From assembly GCA_964016885.1 (NCBI GenBank), contig OZ024754.1:11284001-11348000 (forward strand): 64,000 bases of DNA, read 5' to 3'. The notes under the pieces were generated by a model. It did not search any database. It worked only from the letters and a program-made list of their open reading frames with translations, and had not been told where the DNA came from. Shown here piece by piece: positions 55,104-64,000 of the stretch. Source of the DNA: Eledone cirrhosa (Eukaryota). The translations under genes and the position numbers were made by a program. Position 1 is the first letter of the stretch. Each line of letters begins with the position of its first letter.

Positions 55104-55445
55104 TATGTATACATATATACATATACATATACATATATTTACATACACATATATATATATATATATATATAAGAATTAAAATACTAGAGTGTAAAATACT
55201 CAATGTAATTAAACAGAGCTGAAGAATTATAAAAAATAAACTAAAGAAGCCTTCAATACATCAAAAGTATTGTAGGCTAATAAAGACTTGTGATGTATTG
55301 AAGGCTTCTTTGGTTTATTTTTTATAATTTTTTTATAATTTTTATAATATATATATATATATACATATATATATACCCATATATATATATATACATATAC
55401 ATATATATATACATATATATACATATATATATAGGAACCAGTAAG

Positions 55446-55539
55446 ACCCCGACGGCTGAGCTCAAGCCGTTTCGACAGCTAATTCTGGACTAAATGAAAA
55501 TTTATCCTGGTATTTAAATAGCTGATCTTCTCAAGGGGT
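55446..55539 (-). ncRNA. Type I hammerhead with U3-A8 core variant, GUC site
   Basis: Minus strand reads ACCCC-TTGAGAA-GA.CAGCTA...TAGCTG.TC-GAAAC-GGCT-tgagctc-AGCC-GTC-GGGGT. Confidence 0.75.
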
Positions 55540-56151
55540 AATTCCATATATGGGTTTATTTATTTAAGTGATTGTCAAAAGTCAGTAGTATTTCTGTGAT
55601 TGCAAATTAGTAGGGGTGATGGTGGCTAAACCTGCCAGTAGGAGACAGAGGGGAGGGGTGGAGTAGACCCAATCAAGCGTTGGTAGTGCCAGCTACAGCT
55701 GGGCATGAGGTCAAAGAAGATACTGGGGAGGGGGAGGGGGAGGAAGTCGGAACGGTAGGTAGAACAATGAGGGGTAAAAATATATATGAAAGAAGAAATA
55801 CTGAGAGTGAAGAAAAGCGAATAAGTGTAAACAAAAAAGTAAAGCAAGTTCTACGACCTAAGTCTCTAGCTATTGTTAGGCTAGATAAATAAATAAATAA
55901 AGAAAGAAAGAAGTAAAGAAAGAAATAAAGAAATAACGAAATAAGTAAATGAACTAGGTGGGACGGAATAGACAAGGACCCTTTTAAGAGGTATAAGTAC
56001 GTAAATCATACGGTGACAGTCAACAAATGGGGCCAAAATACTAAAGAGACTACCACGAAATAAATAATAAAGGTTTCTATCCTAGTTTACTTTACTGCAC
56101 TGGGTGGTTGCTGGCATTGTGCCCGGGATAGAAACCTTTATTATTTATACA

Positions 56152-56186
<35 letters not shown>

Positions 56187-56204
56187 TGTTATACTTTGGG
56201 AGGG

Positions 56205-56237
<33 letters not shown>

Positions 56238-56548
56238 TCATATATAAAATATATACATATATATATACACACATATATATATATACATATATATATAAAT
56301 ATATACATATATATATAAATATATACATATATATATAAATATATACATATATATATAAATATATACATATATATATAAATATATACATATAAATATACAT
56401 ATATTTATAAATATATACATATATATACATACATATATATATATATACATACATATATATATATATACATATATATAAATATATACATACATATATATAT
56501 TTGTACATATATACATATATATATACATATATATATATACATATATAC

Positions 56549-56579
<31 letters not shown>

Positions 56580-56706
56580 CATATACATATATATACATAT
56601 ACATATATATATATACATATATATACATATATACATATATACATATATATATATATACATATACATATATATACATATACATATATATACATATATATAC
56701 ATACAC

Positions 56707-56753
<47 letters not shown>

Positions 56754-56804
56754 CATATATATATATATACATATATATATACATATATATATAAATACAT
56801 ATAC

Positions 56805-56850
<46 letters not shown>

Positions 56851-57048
56851 ACATATACATATATATATACATATATATATACATATATATATACATATAT
56901 CTATACATATATCTAATCTTTTGTAAATGGAAACCGCCGGTAATAGCACTATGAACAGGTAGATATTTAAATCATTTTTTAATTTATTTAAAGGATTATT
57001 TAATGTTTGTTTGTTCTGCTCATCAATTTTTATATATGTATACATATG

Positions 57049-57087
<39 letters not shown>

Positions 57088-57212
57088 GTATATATATATG
57101 TATATATATATATATATATATATGTATACATATATATATATATACATATATATATATGTATATATATATGTATATATATATGTATATATATACATATATA
57201 TTTATATATACG

Positions 57213-57294
<82 letters not shown>

Positions 57295-57312
57295 TATATA
57301 CATATATATACA

Positions 57313-57344
<32 letters not shown>

Positions 57345-57355
57345 CATATATATAC

Positions 57356-57387
<32 letters not shown>

Positions 57388-57421
57388 TTATACATATATA
57401 TATATACATATATATATATAA

Positions 57422-57452
<31 letters not shown>

Positions 57453-57499
57453 CATATATATATACATATATATATACATATATATACATATATATATAC

Positions 57500-57624
<125 letters not shown>

Positions 57625-57646
57625 CATATATATACATATATTTTTA

Positions 57647-57680
<34 letters not shown>

Positions 57681-57739
57681 CATACATATATATTTATATA
57701 TACATATATATATATATACATATATATATAAATACATAA

Positions 57740-57784
<45 letters not shown>

Positions 57785-57806
57785 TATATATATATGTATT
57801 TATATA

Positions 57807-57849
<43 letters not shown>

Positions 57850-58112
57850 ATATATATATATGTATATATAGTAGAATAATCGAGTATCGAAAAATCGGCG
57901 CACGAGTTCACGATAAACAAATATATATATATGTATATATATATGTATATATATATGATGATGATATATACATATATATATATATATATACATATATACA
58001 TATATATACATATATCTATATATATACATATACATATATATATATACATCATATATATATACATATACATATATATATATATATATATACATATATACAT
58101 ATATATATATAC

Positions 58113-58177
<65 letters not shown>

Positions 58178-58184
58178 TATATAC

Positions 58185-58230
<46 letters not shown>

Positions 58231-58421
58231 GTATATGTATATATATGTATATACATATATATATATATACATATATATACATATATACTGGTTGTATACC
58301 AACACCTCAGTATGCAGGCTGGGGCACTCAACGATGTGCGCAGGTTGGTTTGGTTACTCCTGAGTAATGTAAAATAATGTTAAATAAAAAGTCAAATGTT
58401 TAAAATTTAGCTTCATTTATT

Positions 58422-58476
58422 ACTGTTATATATATTTCAGTGATAGCCATCTTTGGCTGTGACCTCTTCAGGCAGT
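58422..58476 (-). ncRNA. Type I hammerhead motif downstream of the Penelope remnant
   Basis: Minus strand reads ACTGc-CTGAAGA-GGT-cac-AGCCA-aaga-TGGCT-atc-ACT-GAAA-T-ATAT-ATA-aCAGT. Confidence 0.68.
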
Positions 58477-59649
58477 CCGAATTAGTGTGGTATAGACAAG
58501 TACATATGTTGTTGAGGTGTATGATTTTGTGAATACCCTGATATGCCCAGTTCCTTGTTGGATTGTTATTTCACTGAGGAACTGGAATCATATGAATTCA
58601 AACAAACGAATTTCAGTGTCAAAGGGCCTCTTCTCCTCTCATTGGTCAGTTGTTAGGACATTCCTCATTCAAAGTTTTGTTATTGTTGGAGTTAGCTTAA
58701 AAAATTGATAAAGTGGTAGAAGGAACAAAATAACAAAAAAAAGTGTCAAATTTCCCATTGGTCAGTTTTTGAGAGCCTTCCTCAGTCAGAAGTCTATAGA
58801 ATTCTTTCTGGGGTGAGGCTCCCTGTAGTGTTTTTGTTTGCTATTGTTAAGTACATTTGACCTCTACCATTATTTCAGTAGTGTTGTTGGTGATGTGGTC
58901 AGTTTATGTCTTGCTGCTGCTGACAATTTAGAAGTATCTGTGTGTGTTTTTTCTTCATCCCTCCTGCCACCATCTCTCATAGTGGTGGTGGTGGGGGGGT
59001 TCTTCCATGTATATGAAGAAATATAAGGCAATAAATGAAGAAAACAGAAAATAAATAATAAATAGAGAATAAAGAATAAAGAATAAATGAAAAATTGGTG
59101 AAAAAGTAATGAAAATGAATATGGAGAAGTGAAAAATAAAATGAAGATTCAAATAAACTAGGATAAAGTGTGTGTGTGCTATAACCAATCTCAAGGTCAG
59201 AAATATGTTGGATAGATTGGTATGAGGGACAAGATGTTAAAATAAGATAATCAAACAAAATGTGTTTGTGTTATAATCAATCTCAACTTAAAAATAAATA
59301 TAAGGTGATACAGTGAAGATAACAAATTAATAAAGAGAAATCAAGATTTAAAATTGGAACTTGAAAATCAGAAATCAAGTAAATTAAAATGTGTTTGTGT
59401 TATATAGATGTTGGCCAAATTATAATGGCTGTGTCCGATTCAGTCTCTAGGCTATCATGGTGCCTGCTCAGCCTGGGTTGTTCCCTATGGCTTGAGGGGA
59501 GTTCTCAACCTAGAGTGTTGTTACTACCCATATAGCTTGCGGGAGGTCTGGCCGAGAGGTGTCTACATGTTCTGTAGAAGTCCCTATAGCTTGAGGGGAG
59601 TTCACATCTTCTTGTGTTGCTACTGTCCATATATCTTGATGAAGGTCCC

Positions 59650-59960
59650 GGCTCTAAGGTGTCTGCATGTCCCGAAGAAGTCGGTTCTGAGGTTTATCAG
59701 GCCGCTTCCACCTCTTAGTATCTCGAGGGTCTCGTCAGAAATAGTTTGCATATGCAAGATACCCCTTTATCGGGTGGTACTTTCCTGATTATGTACCAGG
59801 CCAGAGAGTATGGGGTCCTGTCCAGCTTAAGCTTCCAGATCAGGTCGGAGAGAGCCGTGCTTTTCCTTTTGGCCTCCTTATTGAATGAATGGCGATGGTT
59901 GTACCAGCGGTCTTTAAAGCTCGTTGATGTGGCTCCTATGTAGAGGTCTTCGGAGTTGGG
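59650..59960 (-). mobile_element. Penelope-like element GIY-YIG endonuclease C-terminal remnant
   Basis: Minus strand reads [39 protein letters not shown]...ICKLFL / ETLEILRGGSGLINLRTDFFGTCRH with one frameshift. This fits the Penelope pattern YIG..FKxRxxNH..ST.LS..IW.LK..CxLC..LN.R....CRH. Confidence 0.85.
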
Positions 59961-60216
59961 GTTTTAATCCTACAACCGTAAACACATATATATATATATA
60001 TACATATATATATACATATATACAGATATATATACAGATATATATATATACAGATATATATATATATATATATATATACAGATATATATATATATATATA
60101 TATACATTGAAACAAAATGAAAACGAAATTTCATTTCTCACTCTTAGTATGGCACTTACATATATATATACAGATATATAGATATATATACATATATATA
60201 TACATATACAGGTATA

Positions 60217-60250
<34 letters not shown>

Positions 60251-60293
60251 CATACATATATATATACATACATATATATATATATATACAGGT

Positions 60294-60603
60294 ATCATCA
60301 TCATCATCATCACCGTTTTACGTCCGTTCTTCCACGCTAGCATGGGTTAGATGGGTTGTCCTGTTGTGGAACTGATTTGGCTTGATTTCAACAGCTGGAT
60401 GCCCTTCCTAACACCAACCTCATTTACAGTGAGTGCTGGGTGCTTTTTTGCCGTGGCACCTCCACGACCACTTTGCAGTGGAATGATATGGACCCTAGTC
60501 CTATCATCTCATTTCTACAGCTAAGTAAACTGGAGCAATGTGAAATAAAGTGTCTTGCTCAAGGAAACAAAACATCACCCGGTCAGGAAACAACACATCA
60601 CCC
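60294..60603 (-). mobile_element. SINE with RTE tail (head truncated)
   Basis: Matches 11952-12230. Confidence 0.85.
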
Positions 60604-60628
60604 TATATATACATATATATATATACAC

Positions 60629-60686
<58 letters not shown>

Positions 60687-60814
60687 CATATATATACATA
60701 TATACATATACATATACATATATACATATACATATATATATACATATACATACATATATATATACATATATACATATAAATATATATACCTATACATATA
60801 TATATCTATATATA

Positions 60815-60848
<34 letters not shown>

Positions 60849-61050
60849 TATAAGTATGTATGTATACGTACATACATATATGCATGCATCAGTTTAGTAT
60901 ATATGTATATATATATATGTATATATATATGTATATGGATGGTACACATATATACACACATATATATATACACATATACACATATATACATATATACACA
61001 TATATATATATATACCATATATATATATATACATATATACATATATATAC

Positions 61051-61227
<177 letters not shown>

Positions 61228-61339
61228 CATATATATATACATATATGTATATACATATATTTATATACATATATATATATATACATATATATATACATAT
61301 ATATATATACATATATATATACATATATATATATACATA

Positions 61340-61370
<31 letters not shown>

Positions 61371-61454
61371 ATACATACATATACATACATATATATATAC
61401 ATACATATATATATACATATATATATATACATACATATACATACATATATATAC

Positions 61455-61505
<51 letters not shown>

Positions 61506-62068
61506 CATATATATACATACATATATATATATACATATATATATATACATATATATATACACATATATATATATACATATATATATATACATATATATAT
61601 ACACATATATATATACATATACATATATATATATACATATACACATATACATATACATATATACATATACATATACATATATACATATATATATATACAT
61701 ATATACATATATATATATACATATATACATATATATATATACATATATACATACATATATATATATATACATATATATATATACATATATATATATACAC
61801 ACATATATATATATACACATATATATATAAACTTTGAACTTTAACTTTGAAATGTTTTGGCCAGTATATATATATATATACACATATATATATATATACA
61901 TATATATATACACATATATATATTATACATATATATATACACATATATATATATATATACACATATATATATATACATATATATACATATATATATATAT
62001 ACACATATATATATACACACATATATACATATATATATATACACACATATATACATATATATATATAC

Positions 62069-62103
<35 letters not shown>

Positions 62104-62260
62104 CATATATATATACACATATATATATACATATATATATACATATATATATACACATATATATATACACATATATATACATATATATATACATATATAT
62201 ATATACATATATATATATATACATATATACATATATATATATATACATATATATATACAC

Positions 62261-62291
<31 letters not shown>

Positions 62292-62658
62292 TATATATAT
62301 ACATATATATATACACACATATATATATACACACATATATATATATACATATATATATATATACATATACATATACACACATATATATATATACATATAT
62401 ATATATACATATACATATACACACATATACATATACACATATATATATACATACATACATATACATATACACATATATATATATACATACATACATACAT
62501 ATATATATATACATATATATATACATACATATATATATATACATATATATATACATACATATATATATATATACATATATATATATACATACATATATAT
62601 ACATATATATATACATACATATATATATATATATACATACATATATATATATATATAT

Positions 62659-62742
<84 letters not shown>

Positions 62743-62766
62743 ATACATATATATATATATACATAC

Positions 62767-62835
<69 letters not shown>

Positions 62836-62882
62836 CATACATATATATATATATATATACATACATATATATATATATATAT

Positions 62883-62921
<39 letters not shown>

Positions 62922-63233
62922 CATATATATATATATATATATACATACATACTATATATATATATATACATACTACATATATATATATATACATACATAC
63001 ATATATTATATATACATACATACATATATATTCATATATATATATAATACATACATACATATATATATATATATACATACATATATATATATACATACAT
63101 ACATATATATACATAAATATATATACATATATATATATACATATATGTATATACATATATTTATATACATATATATATATATACATATATATATACATAT
63201 ATATATATACATATATATATACATATATATATA

Positions 63234-63264
<31 letters not shown>

Positions 63265-63348
63265 ATACATACATATACATACATATATATATACATACAT
63301 ATATATATACATATATATATATACATACATATACATACATATATATAC

Positions 63349-63399
<51 letters not shown>

Positions 63400-63543
63400 C
63401 ATATATATACATACATATATATATATACATATATATATATACATATATATATACACATATATATATATACATATATATATATACATATATATATACACAT
63501 ATAATATACATATACATATATATATATACATATACACATATAC

Positions 63544-63743
63544 NNNNNNNNNNNNNNNNNNNNNNNNNNNNNNNNNNNNNNNNNNNNNNNNNNNNNNNNN
63601 NNNNNNNNNNNNNNNNNNNNNNNNNNNNNNNNNNNNNNNNNNNNNNNNNNNNNNNNNNNNNNNNNNNNNNNNNNNNNNNNNNNNNNNNNNNNNNNNNNNN
63701 NNNNNNNNNNNNNNNNNNNNNNNNNNNNNNNNNNNNNNNNNNN
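63544..63743. other. Assembly gap (200 N)
   Basis: Run of N. Confidence 1.
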
Positions 63744-64000
63744 TATACACACATATATATATATACATATATATATATACATATACATATACACACATAT
63801 ACATATACACATATATATATACATACATACATATACATATACACATATATATATATACATACATACATACATATATATATATATACATATATATATACAT
63901 ACATATATATATATACATATATATATACATACATATATATATATATACATATATAATATACATACATATATATATATATATATACATACATATATATATA

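Noticed and set aside
55219-55330. CTGAAGA followed by a long hairpin
   Set aside because: No GAAA or cleavage triplet follows the stem. Kept only as an inverted repeat.
59430-59475. Minus-strand CTGAGCA...GAGAC...GAC hammerhead-like string
   Set aside because: Three core positions deviate without compensation.

Overview
This is AT-rich, repeat-dense animal genomic DNA. The repeat landscape (huge TA/TATACA tracts, RTE LINEs, tRNA-derived SINEs) suggests an octopus or other coleoid cephalopod, which is an inference. The only host gene I can support is a + strand TRIM9/TRIM67-like E3 ligase. Five phase-consistent internal exons (19055-32100) encode its coiled-coil, COS and FN3 regions. A candidate 44-nt exon and a candidate terminal exon follow and would stop the protein before the SPRY domain. 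The RING/B-box exon is not in the window. The rest is RTE and CR1 LINE fragments, SINEs, a TTAA/CCC piggyBac-type MITE family, a Helitron-like element, a hAT-like MITE, a Penelope GIY-YIG remnant, minisatellites and microsatellites. Most long ORFs in the ORF track are repeat artefacts. The most notable signal is a set of about 8 complete or near-complete type I hammerhead ribozyme motifs plus several degenerate ones. They sit in short unique islands among (TA)n tracts, often with fold-back ends, as expected for Penelope-like elements or retrozymes. Two are sense-strand in a TRIM9 intron, one lies in a perfect 212-bp-arm palindrome, and one carries the compensatory U3-A8 core variant. A second theme is that most minisatellite arrays arose inside transposon copies. 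All folds and coordinates were read by eye.
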